In this document: one piece after another, positions 19,221 through 29,159 of the stretch
Layout of the letters: each line of letters starts with the position of its first letter
Numbering within the stretch: the first letter of the stretch is position 1
Source of the DNA: a bacterium
GTDB taxonomy: Bacteria; Patescibacteriota; Minisyncoccia; UBA6257; GWB1-50-10
Assembly: GCA_021814165.1 (NCBI GenBank)
Contig: JAKAIX010000001.1
Span: 150,787 to 214,786, forward strand
Direction of reading: 5' to 3'
DNA: 64,000 nucleotides
Notes under the pieces: model-generated
What the model saw: only the letters and a program-made list of their open reading frames with translations
Database searches by the model: none
What the model was told of the DNA's origin: nothing
Program-made: the position numbers and the translations under genes

Positions 19221-19532
19221 TACTTCCTTATAAAGGAGAAGCGGTACAGAACTCATTTTCTGTGCCGCTTCGATATTTTTGAACTTGCCTTAATTCAAAT
19301 TTTACGCCCGAAATCTTTTAATTCCTTCTTCGCTCGTTTCACAAACTTCCCGAACTCGCAATCTTTTGCTCCTCTTTTGATGAGACATTAAACATCTGTG
19401 TGCCGGTGATCTTCGCCAGATACTCTCCGTTATGGTTTTTCGCCCTGTAGGATTCTTTATATTCGCTCGTTACCCGCGCAACCGAAAACGCATCCAACCC
19501 CATACCACAAGGGCGTGCTTGGTTTGTACTTG

Positions 19533-19604
19533 CTGCGGGACTAGGGTTCGAACCTAGATTACATGATTCAGAGTCATGTGGCCTACCGGTTAGCCGATCC
19601 CGCA
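19533..19604 (-). tRNA. tRNA-Gln(CTG)
   Basis: TGCGGGA/TCCCGCA acceptor stem; anticodon arm CATGA-CT-CTG-AA-TCATG; GGTTCGAACCC T-arm. Confidence 0.95.
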
Positions 19605-19700
19605 ATTCAGCCCACTTATTGTACTGAAAACATGCCCAATTTTCAATGTAACTCGTACTGATTTATTGATCATTTGAAGCGGCTTAAAACGAGGACTACA

Positions 19701-20384
19701 ATGAAGACAAAATCCACCATGGATACTAAAAAACAGATTATCGACGCTTTCAATTTCCGCCACGCGTGCAAGGAGTTCGATCCGACGAAAAAGATTTCGG
19801 AGGACGATTTTAAAACGATCCTTGAGGCGGGGCGGCTTTCTCCAAGTTCCTTCGGCTTCGAGCCGTGGCAGTTTGTGGTTATCCAGAATCAGACCATTCG
19901 GGAGAGGATAAAAACCGTTTCCTGGGGAGCTCAGAAACAACTACCGACGGCGAGCCACTACATCGTATTCCTCGCCCGCCAGGCGGCCGATCTTAGACCC
20001 GGCTCCGAATACCTGAACTACATCATGTCGGAGGTGCAGAAGGATCCTCAGGATATTATCGCAAGACGAATGGCGCGCGTCGAAAAATTCCAGCAAAACG
20101 ACTTCGATCTGAAAGACGACCAGGCGCTCTTCCATTGGGCGTGCAGACAGACATATATCGCGCTCGGCAATATGATGACGGCCGCCGCGCTTCTCGGAAT
20201 CGACTCCTGCCCCATCGAGGGATTCGAACTGAAACCGCTTGAAAAGATCCTGGAAGATGAAAAAGTTCTCGATCGGAAGCACTTCGGCGTGGCCTGCATG
20301 GCGGCCTTTGGCTACCGGCTCAAACCTCCCGCAAAAGAAAAAACCAGGCGTAAACCCGATGAGGTTATAACCTGGGTAAACTGA
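19701..20384 (+). CDS. Nitroreductase (NfsB-like NAD(P)H oxidoreductase)
   Basis: RHACKEFD, LSPSSFGFEPW and GIDSCPIEGF motifs. Confidence 0.92.
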   Translation: MKTKSTMDTKKQIIDAFNFRHACKEFDPTKKISEDDFKTILEAGRLSPSSFGFEPWQFVVIQNQTIRERIKTVSWGAQKQLPTASHYIVFLARQAADLRPGSEYLNYIMSEVQKDPQDIIARRMARVEKFQQNDFDLKDDQALFHWACRQTYIALGNMMTAAALLGIDSCPIEGFELKPLEKILEDEKVLDRKHFGVACMAAFGYRLKPPAKEKTRRKPDEVITWVN

Positions 20385-20459
20385 GAAGGAACATATCATT
20401 CCCCCACACCCGTAAAACACTTGAAGCGGTACAAAATCTATTATACCGCTTCGGCGCGA

Positions 20460-20885
20460 TTATTTAATTAGAAGATAAACTGCAGTAGCAGCAAAACAAT
20501 AACCAAAAGTCTTTTGAGTATCTGGAATCACACCATTTAATGCCCAATCCAAAATAGAAGCCATTACGATCATAAGGATCGCAACAATTGTCATAAAGGC
20601 CGCAGTCGAAATCTTTGGATCTGCTATTTTCAATGAGTAGAAATAAAAAGCAATTCCATTCAAGACCCCTGCAGTTACAAGAATGACGATCGCTTTTATG
20701 GATGGTGACTGAAGAGTGGTTATTTGTCTGCTTAAGAACGATAGAATAAACGTCGCAGACGCACTCCCTACTGCGACAATTACTCCCACCCATGCTCCTT
20801 GGGCACCTGAATATTTACTGACTACTGGCCACACCGCAAAACAAAATGATATCAAGATTGCTGCTATTAACGACTGAAGGTTCAT
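20460..20885 (-). CDS. Small multi-TM protein (EamA/DMT-like)
   Basis: About five TM segments in 141 aa, AT-rich, hairpin at 20423-20452. Confidence 0.65.
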   Translation of the reverse strand: MNLQSLIAAILISFCFAVWPVVSKYSGAQGAWVGVIVAVGSASATFILSFLSRQITTLQSPSIKAIVILVTAGVLNGIAFYFYSLKIADPKISTAAFMTIVAILMIVMASILDWALNGVIPDTQKTFGYCFAATAVYLLIK

Positions 20886-21218
20886 TTCGGTCCTCGTTTA
20901 TTTTTTGAATTAGTTATTTCACCCAAACCGTAAACGAATTCCGATCTGAGTGAAATAACCAAGTCGATAAAGAGAACTAAGATTCTTCTTAAATTATTAA
21001 AGTTCCTATATTAACTATTTTTTAGCATAAAAACAGAGAAAAGTCAATTTACGGATAAATTTCAAGGACTTGTCTATGACAAGTCCTTTTGAATGCGCCT
21101 CTGATGAGGGGTAAGTTCTTATTCTGTCTCCAGTCCGTAGAACGGAGGGAAACAATTACCTTTTTAGGAGGAACTACTGTGCGTTTCATTCCCCAACCTT
21201 TTCACCATTGGCAGATAA

Positions 21219-21641
21219 TTAACGCTCTTTGCCGAAGGAATCTTCCGTAATGGAAATTCCCGCTTCTCTAAAAAAGAGAGCTATTTCACCGAAAGATATT
21301 CCTGTTTTTTCCGACATTTTCTCTATTTCGTTTCTCCCCATATCCAGGAATTTCATCCCGTCTCTCCTCAGGATATATTTACCGTACTCGAAGGCAATAT
21401 TTCCCTCTTCCTCCGGGTCGAGTTTCGCGAGTTCAACTTCGATCCTGAATGTCGTCTTAAGGAGATCTCCGATCCTTCTGAGGAGAAATCTTTCGAGTTT
21501 CTCTTTTGAAATCCCTATTTCGTTACTCGCATTATAGAGGTTCCTTTTCTCGCTAGGAGCTATCCTTATTCCCTTCTGCTCGAAACGATAATTGTGCAGC
21601 GCGATTGCGATTTCGCCGATTCTTTTTCTAGTGAGCGGCAT
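21219..21641 (-). CDS. Hypothetical protein with an internal domain duplication
   Basis: G(E/N)IA....Y.....G.......RN.......GIS..E/K...F occurs twice; GGAGG SD. Confidence 0.7.
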   Translation of the reverse strand: MPLTRKRIGEIAIALHNYRFEQKGIRIAPSEKRNLYNASNEIGISKEKLERFLLRRIGDLLKTTFRIEVELAKLDPEEEGNIAFEYGKYILRRDGMKFLDMGRNEIEKMSEKTGISFGEIALFFREAGISITEDSFGKER

Positions 21642-21741
21642 AAAGCCCTCCCTTATTTTGTTGTAAAATAGTGTTTTGGCAGCATGAAACTGCGTGATAA
21701 CTTATACCACAAAATCAAAGAAAAAACAAGTCAGAAATGCG

Positions 21742-22680
21742 TTACTGCTTCCGCGGTTTCGAGATACCGAAAATCGAGATGATTTTCCTTGTCCCCTCTT
21801 CCGCTTCTTCCTTGAGTTTTTTCGGATCCTGGGTAATAAGTCCGACTCCAAATCTTACGGGTGCCACGATATTTACGTTTATCCCGTCAAGAAGCCGTTC
21901 GTTCTCTAATATGTGAAGCGAGTGATGATATGCTCTGTTTCTCCGGAGAAACGCCTCCTGGAATCGTTTCGAAAATTTGTGGAGGTAAAGCTTGATCGCC
22001 ATTTTCTCGAGAAAAGAAATGGAATCATCCTTGTGATCCAGCGGCTCATTAACGACAATAAGGACATCGGTCGGTCTGAACCGCTCGATGATCTCTTTCA
22101 CGGGAAGCGGCTTCGTGGCTCCTCCATCCACAAATTTCTCCTTGCCGATCGTTACTTTCCGGTTATAGAGCACCGGCATCGCCATCGACGCCTTAAGGCC
22201 GGTAATGATATCGTCGAGTTTTTTCGCTTCGATGAGTTTTTCTTTTCCGTCCAACTCAGTTACGCTGAAATACAAATCGGGACGCGCTTTTCGTATTGCA
22301 CCGGTATCGAGTTTTTTCTTTTTACGGAATACGTTTTCCAAATAATCAATGTCTACCACCTTCGAGAGGCGATGGAAATTAATGAACCGATCGTCTATCA
22401 AATCCTCAAGGTACACAGTGAGCGCAAGCGATGTTTGGTTACTCAGAAAATATGCGGAATCACACGCCCCTGCAGAGATACCGACGACAACATCGAATGC
22501 GTCGAGAAAACCCGCCTCGCTCAAACCGTGAAGTACCCCCATTCCGAAGATACCTTCCATACCTCCTCCAGCGACGATGAGTACGGTTTTTATTTTTTCG
22601 TGCGCCCGATCCCTCGATCGTAAGAGCCTCGCCTTGTATTGCAGCCGCTTTGCAAACGAGGAATCTCTTTGCAATTCCAT
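21742..22680 (-). CDS. Patatin-like phospholipase
   Basis: GGGMEG, GISAG (GxSxG) and DGG motifs. Confidence 0.9.
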   Translation of the reverse strand: MELQRDSSFAKRLQYKARLLRSRDRAHEKIKTVLIVAGGGMEGIFGMGVLHGLSEAGFLDAFDVVVGISAGACDSAYFLSNQTSLALTVYLEDLIDDRFINFHRLSKVVDIDYLENVFRKKKKLDTGAIRKARPDLYFSVTELDGKEKLIEAKKLDDIITGLKASMAMPVLYNRKVTIGKEKFVDGGATKPLPVKEIIERFRPTDVLIVVNEPLDHKDDSISFLEKMAIKLYLHKFSKRFQEAFLRRNRAYHHSLHILENERLLDGINVNIVAPVRFGVGLITQDPKKLKEEAEEGTRKIISIFGISKPRKQ

Positions 22681-22772
22681 ATGACTCCTACTATATCAAG
22701 AAACTACGCGGCGATACAACCGCATGCTGTTTAAAATTGGAAACTTCTGGCATATTGTAGTTACATAGTCAC

Positions 22773-23258
22773 ATGCGATTATCGACTTCAGAGGAAAAAG
22801 GATTGCGCACGGTTTTTATCATAGGTCTCGTCTTGAAAGGAATCGGCGGGATTGTCGAAGCGGCAACGGGCGTTCTCCTGTTTTTCGTACGACAAACGAC
22901 GATCGTGAAACTTGCGGGGTTTCTCACCCAGGGAGAACTTCGCGAAGAACCGAACGATCTAATCGCAAATGCGGTAAACAATTTCGCGAAACATCTTTCT
23001 TTAGATATCAAAACATTCGGCGCTTTCTATCTCCTGGCACACGGTGCGATTAACATTCTCCTCGTTGCCGGCCTCCTTCGCAACAAACGTTGGGCATACC
23101 CTTCGGCACTCGTGTTTTTAGGGATATTCCTTATTTACCAGACATATCGCCTCGCCTTTCTTTCTTTTTCATTATGGCTCCTTGCACTCACGATCTTTGA
23201 CGTCTTCATATTCGTGCTTATCTGGCACGAGTGGAAACGTTTCGGAAAACCTGCATAA
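22773..23258 (+). CDS. DUF2127-like membrane protein
   Basis: LKGIGGIVE, YLLAHG and WAYP motifs; four TM segments. Confidence 0.8.
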   Translation: MRLSTSEEKGLRTVFIIGLVLKGIGGIVEAATGVLLFFVRQTTIVKLAGFLTQGELREEPNDLIANAVNNFAKHLSLDIKTFGAFYLLAHGAINILLVAGLLRNKRWAYPSALVFLGIFLIYQTYRLAFLSFSLWLLALTIFDVFIFVLIWHEWKRFGKPA

Positions 23259-23442
23259 TGAGGTTATGAAAGCCGTTGTTGTCGTTCTTGGAGTGGTGCT
23301 CCTTATACTCCTTGGGGTGCTTCTTTTTGTTCCCGTGAAATAAAAAAAAGACGACGAGGATGATTAATATGGAGAAGCCCGGCTCGAGGACGACTTCAAT
23401 ACTTGGAGGCCGGGGCGCCATGGGTGCCCCGGCCTCAGCTTC

Positions 23443-24666
23443 CTACGGGAGAAACTCCGCTTTTCTTACTTTTTTGTGATAGGTAATTGCAAAGCGGTGC
23501 GCCTCGTCGCGAACGCGGACGAGTGTCGTTTCATCCGCGAACCCAGGAATGCGACCAATGATGTCATTCTTTTTTCGTGTAGGCCCTTTTGCAATTCCCA
23601 CGACGGGAATACTGAGCCCCGCCGCCTTCAGCACGTCTCTTGCGACACGTACCTGCCCTACTCCTCCGTCTATCAAAATAAGATCAGGCTTCGGCCAGTT
23701 TTCTTCTCCCGTATGTCTAAAACGGCGCGAGAGCATTTCTTTGAGCATCCCCACATCGTTCGGCTTCTTGAGCGTTCGAATCCTAAACTTCCTGTACCAC
23801 CGCTTCGACGGTTTCCCATTCTCGAATACTACCATTGCGCCAACAGCAGATGCTCCTGAAATATTTGAAATATCAAATCCTTCAATTCGCGTTCCATAAT
23901 TCTTAATTCCTGACTCATAATTCCCAATCTCATTCTCTTTTACGAGTGCTACGTCTTGAATGTGTTGTAATGCAAGAATGCGCCGCCTGATCTTCTCCGC
24001 CTTCTCAAACTCAAGCTTCTTGCTCGCTTCCCGCATCTCCCGCTCGAAATTTTTCATAATCTTCTCTCTTTTCCCCTCGAGAAGAAGTTTAAGATCCCTT
24101 ATTGTTTTTAAATACTCCTCTCTTCCCTCGACGGCAACGCAGAATCCCGGACAAAGACCTATCTGCGCATCGAAACACGGTTTTCCTTTTCCTATCTCTT
24201 TCATCGAATGTACGCTCCACGGAAATATCTTTCTTAAAATACGGAGTGCCTCGCGGATACTCGAAGGAGAAGTGAAAGGACCGTGAATAGCGCTGTATCG
24301 GGTACCAGCATCTCGTTGTTTCAAATCCTTTCCCCTTATCAAAAGCACTCTCGGGAATCGCTCCTTCGTGATGACGACATACGGGAAACTCTTGTCGTCC
24401 TTCTCGCGGATGTTGAACGGCGGCTGGTGTTTTTTTATAAGATCCGCCTCGAGAATGAGCGCTTCGATTGCCGTGGCCGTTTTACGCACTTCTATCTTCC
24501 GGATTTCTTTCACTAACTTCTCAATGCGGGAATCGTGCGGGCGTAAAAAATAACTCGAAACGCGGCGTTTCAAGTTCACGGCTTTTCCCACATACAAGAT
24601 GCTCCCCTTCGCGCCTTTCATAAGATAGACGCCGGGAGTTTCGGGAAGGTTCCTATAGAGTGTCAT
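23443..24666 (-). CDS. uvrC: Excinuclease ABC subunit C (short, no C-terminal HhH2)
   Basis: PGVYLM..LYVGKA GIY-YIG, UVR coiled coil, IEGFDISN, PDLILIDGG and RDEAHRFAI. Confidence 0.94.
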   Translation of the reverse strand: MTLYRNLPETPGVYLMKGAKGSILYVGKAVNLKRRVSSYFLRPHDSRIEKLVKEIRKIEVRKTATAIEALILEADLIKKHQPPFNIREKDDKSFPYVVITKERFPRVLLIRGKDLKQRDAGTRYSAIHGPFTSPSSIREALRILRKIFPWSVHSMKEIGKGKPCFDAQIGLCPGFCVAVEGREEYLKTIRDLKLLLEGKREKIMKNFEREMREASKKLEFEKAEKIRRRILALQHIQDVALVKENEIGNYESGIKNYGTRIEGFDISNISGASAVGAMVVFENGKPSKRWYRKFRIRTLKKPNDVGMLKEMLSRRFRHTGEENWPKPDLILIDGGVGQVRVARDVLKAAGLSIPVVGIAKGPTRKKNDIIGRIPGFADETTLVRVRDEAHRFAITYHKKVRKAEFLP

Positions 24667-25543
24667 CAAAGAGAAAATCTACGAATTTCTGAACGGGTGT
24701 TTTCTTCGGTTCCGGATAACCGGTACTCCTACAAATCTCTTTTAGATGCAAGGCGATCTCTTCCGCTCCCTGCTTGATAATGTCTTTCGCCTCGGGAAAA
24801 TCGAACCAGTGGTATTGCATCACGGGCGGACGAAGCGCGATGTCCGCTTTCGTTATTATGCGCCGCACGAGCTGATACTCGAGGGCGGGAAGCGCGTCCG
24901 CAATGATGGATTTGATTCCATGAATGCTGACAGTCTCTTCCGAAATATCGGGCCAACGACTTGAAACATCGACCGCAATCACATATTCCGCTCCCATGTC
25001 CCTCACTACGTCAGCGGGCACCGGATCCACCATACCGCCGTCGGAAAGCAATCTTCCGTTGACAGTTACCGGGGCAAATACCAATGGAAGCGCGGAAGAT
25101 GCCTGGATAGCCTCCACAAGCGGCCCTTTCTTCAACACCACCATGTCGCCACTCTTCGCATCGGTTGCAATTGCCGCAAAAGGGATTTTGCACTTCTCGA
25201 TGGAAAAACCTTTGATGTGCGATTTTAATATCTCGACGACCGGCTTTGTATCTTTAAACGGCGATTCCAACTTGCTGTGCACATGCAGCATTTTCCGTAT
25301 CGGTACCATGTCCTTTTCGGTTATATTGGAAAAAAGTTTTTCAAGAAGATCAATATCCTGTGTTGCGGCGTAAAACCCGCCGACCAGAGAACCCATGCTC
25401 GTACCCGCGATATAATCGATATCGATACCCGCTTGTCGAAGTACCCTGATAACGCCGATGTGGGCGAGCCCCCTTGCTCCCCCGCCTCCCAAGGCAAGAC
25501 CCACCGATTTCCTCTTCCTCGGCTTCGGCTCCCTTTTCTTCAT
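24653..25543 (-). CDS. Patatin-like phospholipase (RssA-like)
   Basis: ALGGGGARGLAHIGV, GTSMG and SDGG motifs. Confidence 0.92.
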   Translation of the reverse strand: MKKREPKPRKRKSVGLALGGGGARGLAHIGVIRVLRQAGIDIDYIAGTSMGSLVGGFYAATQDIDLLEKLFSNITEKDMVPIRKMLHVHSKLESPFKDTKPVVEILKSHIKGFSIEKCKIPFAAIATDAKSGDMVVLKKGPLVEAIQASSALPLVFAPVTVNGRLLSDGGMVDPVPADVVRDMGAEYVIAVDVSSRWPDISEETVSIHGIKSIIADALPALEYQLVRRIITKADIALRPPVMQYHWFDFPEAKDIIKQGAEEIALHLKEICRSTGYPEPKKTPVQKFVDFLFDDTL

Positions 25544-25578
25544 GATCTAATAGTAAAACAAAAAAGAGAAAGAGAGAA

Positions 25579-28101
25579 CTATCTTAGAGCTTTCTTTAAA
25601 TACTGCCCCGTGAAACTTCCCGCCCTCTTCGAAATGTCCTCGGGAGTGCCGGTTGCGACAATCTCTCCCCCCTTCTCCCCTCCCTCGGGTCCCAGATCAA
25701 TCACCCAGTCGGCCGTCTTTATCACATCCAGATTGTGCTCGATAACAACCACCGTATTTCCCCTGTCCACGAGCCGTTGGAGCACGTCGATCAAATTCTG
25801 CACATCCGCGAAGTGAAGTCCGGTCGTCGGTTCGTCCAAGAGATAAAGCGTGCGGTGCGTGTCTCGCTTCCCGAGCTCCGCGCCGAGCTTCACGCGCTGC
25901 GCCTCACCGCCCGAAAGCGTCGTTGCTGACTGCCCGAGTTTGAGATACCCGAGCCCCACTTCGTTCAAAATTTTCAAACGATCGTAGAGCCACGGAATGT
26001 CTTCGTAAAATTCCGTCGCCTCCTCGATCGTCATTTTTAAAACTTCATACACGTTTTTCCCTTTATAACGTACGTTCAGTGTTTCTCTATCGAATCGTTT
26101 TCCCTTGCATACCTCGCATTCGACGTAGACCGTCGGAAGGAAATGCATCTCGATCGCGATCATCCCGTGCCCTTCGCAGTTTTCGCATCTGCCTCCTTTC
26201 ACATTAAAACTGAAACGACCCGGTTTGTAGCCACGGACGCGCGCGTCTTCCGTCGCCGCAAAAAGTTCGCGGATAAAGGTCCATGCGCCTACGTACGTTG
26301 CGGGGTTCGACCGCGGCGTGCGTCCGATCGGCGACTGGTCGATATTGATAATGCGGTTGATGTATTCGGTGCCCGTAATCGCTTTATGCGGCCCCGCTTT
26401 GTAATCCGCGCCATTAAACTTGTTCGCGAGCGTCTTATAAAGCACGTCATAAAGAAGCGTGCTTTTTCCGGATCCCGAAACGCCCGTAATTGCGGTAAAG
26501 CGCTTCAAGGGGATATCCACATCCACGTTCTTCAGATTATTTGCCGTAATCCCTTTTATCTTCAGATGTTCTTTATCTTTGCTCACGATTCGCCTTTTCT
26601 TCGGAACCTCGATAAATCGCTTGCCGCGGAGATATTCCAGCGTAAGCGAATCCTGCTTCATGTCTTTGATAATGGAAGGTATCGGACCCTGTGCAATGAT
26701 TTTTCCCCCGTGGACTCCCGCGGCGGGACCGATATCGACGAGATAATCGGATGAACGAATAGTGTCTTCGTCGTGCTCGACGACAATAATGGTATTCCCG
26801 AGATCGCGGAGATCCTGAAGCGTTTTGATGAGCTTCGCATTGTCGCGCTGATGGAGCCCTATTGTCGGTTCGTCCAGGATATAAAGCGTTCCCACGAGAC
26901 GCGAGCCGATCTGGGACGCAAGACGGATGCGCTGGGACTCGCCTCCCGAGAGCGTACCGGCCTTCCTGTTAAGCGTGAGATAGTCGAGTCCTACGTCGAT
27001 CATAAATTGCAGACGGCTTTTGATTTCCTTTAAGGGGACCTCGGCGATTTCCGCGAGATTTTTTTTCTTTGCGAGTTTTTCCCCAACTTTCGTGAAAAAC
27101 GCGAACGCGTCGTCGATCGAGAGTTCAACAACCGAGGCTATGTTCTTGTTGTCGATTAAGACATTCAAACTTTCTTCCTTGAGACGCTTTCCCGCGCACG
27201 CGGGGCAGATCTTCTCGGACCAGATACTTTCAGTGCCAAGCCCATGGCACTCGGGACACGCGCCGTAGGGACTATTAAACGAGAAGAGCCGCGGCTCGAT
27301 TTCGGGAAACGAAAACCCGTCCTCGGGACAGGTGTACTGTGCCGAAAGCGATACTTCCTTGTCGGTGATGACGGTAATCACGTCGTGGCCGTATTTCAGG
27401 GCCGTCTCGACCGACTCCGCAAGCCGCATTCTGTTATCTTTCTCGTTGAAATCGATTCCCGCGGGCATTCGATCAACCACGAGATCGATCGTGTGTTGTT
27501 TATAGCGGCTCAAATCGATCCGTTCGCGCAAGCTCGTGAACTTGCCGTCGACCCGCACCTCCGAGAATCCGGAATTCAGAAAATCATAGAGCATTTGATA
27601 GTACTCTCCCTTTCTGCCGCGCACGACGGGAGCAAGAATCACCACGTTCCTTCTGTCTTTGTTTTCTCCCGAAATATCGATAATAACGTCCACGATTTCC
27701 TCGTTCGTCATTTTTCGTATCTCTCTTCCGCACTTGGGACAGAACGGCTTTCCCGCGCGCGCAAAAAGCACGCGGAGATAGTCATAAATCTCCGTAATGG
27801 TCGCGACGGTCGAGCGCGGATTCGCCGAGTGATGCTTTTGATCGATCGAGATTGCGGGCGACAATCCTTCGATTTCATCAACATCCGGCTTATCCAATCT
27901 CCCCAAGAACTGGCGCGCATAGGCGGAGAGCGACTCGATATAGCGCCGCTGTCCTTCCGCAAAAATGGTATCGAACGCCAAGGATGATTTTCCCGAACCC
28001 GAGAGACCGGTAAAGACGATCATCTTATCTCGCGGGAGTTCGAGATTGACGTTTTTGAGATTATGCTCGCGGGCACCTTTTATGATTATCTTGTCTCTCA
28101 T
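25579..28101 (-). CDS. uvrA: Excinuclease ABC subunit A (840 aa)
   Basis: GAREHNLKN, two GxSGSGKS Walker A motifs, two LSGGE motifs, zinc fingers. Confidence 0.97.
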   Translation of the reverse strand: MRDKIIIKGAREHNLKNVNLELPRDKMIVFTGLSGSGKSSLAFDTIFAEGQRRYIESLSAYARQFLGRLDKPDVDEIEGLSPAISIDQKHHSANPRSTVATITEIYDYLRVLFARAGKPFCPKCGREIRKMTNEEIVDVIIDISGENKDRRNVVILAPVVRGRKGEYYQMLYDFLNSGFSEVRVDGKFTSLRERIDLSRYKQHTIDLVVDRMPAGIDFNEKDNRMRLAESVETALKYGHDVITVITDKEVSLSAQYTCPEDGFSFPEIEPRLFSFNSPYGACPECHGLGTESIWSEKICPACAGKRLKEESLNVLIDNKNIASVVELSIDDAFAFFTKVGEKLAKKKNLAEIAEVPLKEIKSRLQFMIDVGLDYLTLNRKAGTLSGGESQRIRLASQIGSRLVGTLYILDEPTIGLHQRDNAKLIKTLQDLRDLGNTIIVVEHDEDTIRSSDYLVDIGPAAGVHGGKIIAQGPIPSIIKDMKQDSLTLEYLRGKRFIEVPKKRRIVSKDKEHLKIKGITANNLKNVDVDIPLKRFTAITGVSGSGKSTLLYDVLYKTLANKFNGADYKAGPHKAITGTEYINRIINIDQSPIGRTPRSNPATYVGAWTFIRELFAATEDARVRGYKPGRFSFNVKGGRCENCEGHGMIAIEMHFLPTVYVECEVCKGKRFDRETLNVRYKGKNVYEVLKMTIEEATEFYEDIPWLYDRLKILNEVGLGYLKLGQSATTLSGGEAQRVKLGAELGKRDTHRTLYLLDEPTTGLHFADVQNLIDVLQRLVDRGNTVVVIEHNLDVIKTADWVIDLGPEGGEKGGEIVATGTPEDISKRAGSFTGQYLKKALR

Positions 28102-28107
28102 GTCCCT

Positions 28108-28246
28108 AAAACTCTAAACTCTAATTTCTAAATCCTAAATAATGACCAAAATACGAAATCATAATGACTGAAACGCGTGTTTTGTTATTTTGAATTTGGG
28201 ACATTTGAATTTATTTAGAGTTTAGGGTTTTGTGTTTAGAATTTCG
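28108..28246. repeat. Inverted degenerate heptamer array upstream of uvrA
   Basis: AACTCTA AACTCTA ATTTCTA AATCCTA ... TTTAGAG TTTAGGG TTTTGTG TTTAGAA. Confidence 0.75.
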
Positions 28247-28377
28247 TTTGTATACGCAAACACTCCCCCGTTTCGGTTCACTGGGGGGTGAGTATAAGAG
28301 AAAGATACTCCTCGCTTCTTGTGAGGTCAAGATTGTTTGATTCGAGTTGAGGAATGATCTTCCTCTTTCATCGGCAA

Positions 28378-28786
28378 GTGTACGAACCGTTCCCCTCTCT
28401 CACAAGAGCCTCCGGATGCGAACACGCGTATTCGCTCGCACGCTCCTCGCCACCCTGCACGCCTATTCGGCGAGGGGCCTGGCTCGGCAACGCGGCTCGC
28501 TCATACATGTTCGCGCATCCTTCGGCAAATGTTCGTTCGGGGAACAGTTCATGCGCTCTCAAAAACAACCCCAGAGAGATAACTTTTTCTCCTCTCGGTG
28601 AAGCATCGTGGAGCGAGATTAACGCCTTCCCGAACGAGACAAAAGAAATGAGGGAATCGCGCACTGTACGAATCCCGAAGCGAAGCGGAGGTTGAGTTGC
28701 GCGAACCCTCAATTTCCGCATGGCGAGTGAGGAGAAGGCGTATCGAGCGGAACGTTTTGCTGAACGAGAGGAGAAAAAGTTATCTC
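28378..28786. repeat. Composite long palindromic element, copy 1 (module A 28378-28556, module B 28576-28786)
   Basis: Module B has a perfect 22-bp IR GAGATAACTTTTTCTCCTCTCG. Homologous, in inverted orientation, to 42569-43001. Confidence 0.85.
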
Positions 28787-28792
28787 GAAATC

Positions 28793-29152
28793 TTACTTCC
28801 CGGGTCTTCTCTTTCTTCGCGCCCGCTTCGAGTACTTCTCTACCGTCTTTTCTTTGTGCTTTTGGATATCCTTCTTCGCTTTGTCTTTTGCTATTTCCAC
28901 CGCCGCAAGGAGATCGCTGTTTTCTTCCTCCGCTCGTATCTTCTTTCCTGGGAGATTAATATCTACCGAGGCGTGATAAATTTCACCATGGCGATGATGC
29001 TCCGTCGTACGTTCAATCTCAACTTCCGCATTCACGCTGTCGTTCTTATCAAACCGCTTAAGAAAACGTCCGAGCGCACCGACTTTCTTCCGCACATACT
29101 CCTTAAGTGCGGGGGAGAGATTCACCCGCACACTTTTGATATTGATACGCAT
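28793..29152 (-). CDS. raiA: Ribosome hibernation factor HPF/RaiA (short)
   Basis: INIKSVRVNLSPALKEYVRKK...HHRHG..AEEENSDLLAAVE. Confidence 0.9.
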   Translation of the reverse strand: MRINIKSVRVNLSPALKEYVRKKVGALGRFLKRFDKNDSVNAEVEIERTTEHHRHGEIYHASVDINLPGKKIRAEEENSDLLAAVEIAKDKAKKDIQKHKEKTVEKYSKRARRKRRPGK

Positions 29153-29159
29153 ACGGATA

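Noticed and set aside
21101-21155. CTGATGAG...GAAAC hammerhead-like core
   Set aside because: No stem II closing pair (no C before GAAA), and I cannot build a stem I/III arrangement.
23218-23421. 67 aa minus-strand ORF with a hydrophobic stretch
   Set aside because: It starts inside a REP-like palindrome and overlaps the DUF2127 gene end. Not supportable as a gene, though a tiny membrane peptide is not excluded.
28347-28721. ORFs across the palindromic elements (also 42335-42847, 42788-43012, 4886-5074)
   Set aside because: They are by-products of GC-rich repeats with no coding signature.
28576-28786. Module B ends (TAAC...GTTA) as an integron attC site
   Set aside because: Does not fit RYYYAAC/GTTRRRY, copy 2 lacks these ends, it is longer than typical attC, and no intI is present.
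28378-28786. raiA-motif RNA
   Set aside because: The element is downstream of raiA, not upstream, and has a second copy at an unrelated locus. I could not match it to that motif.
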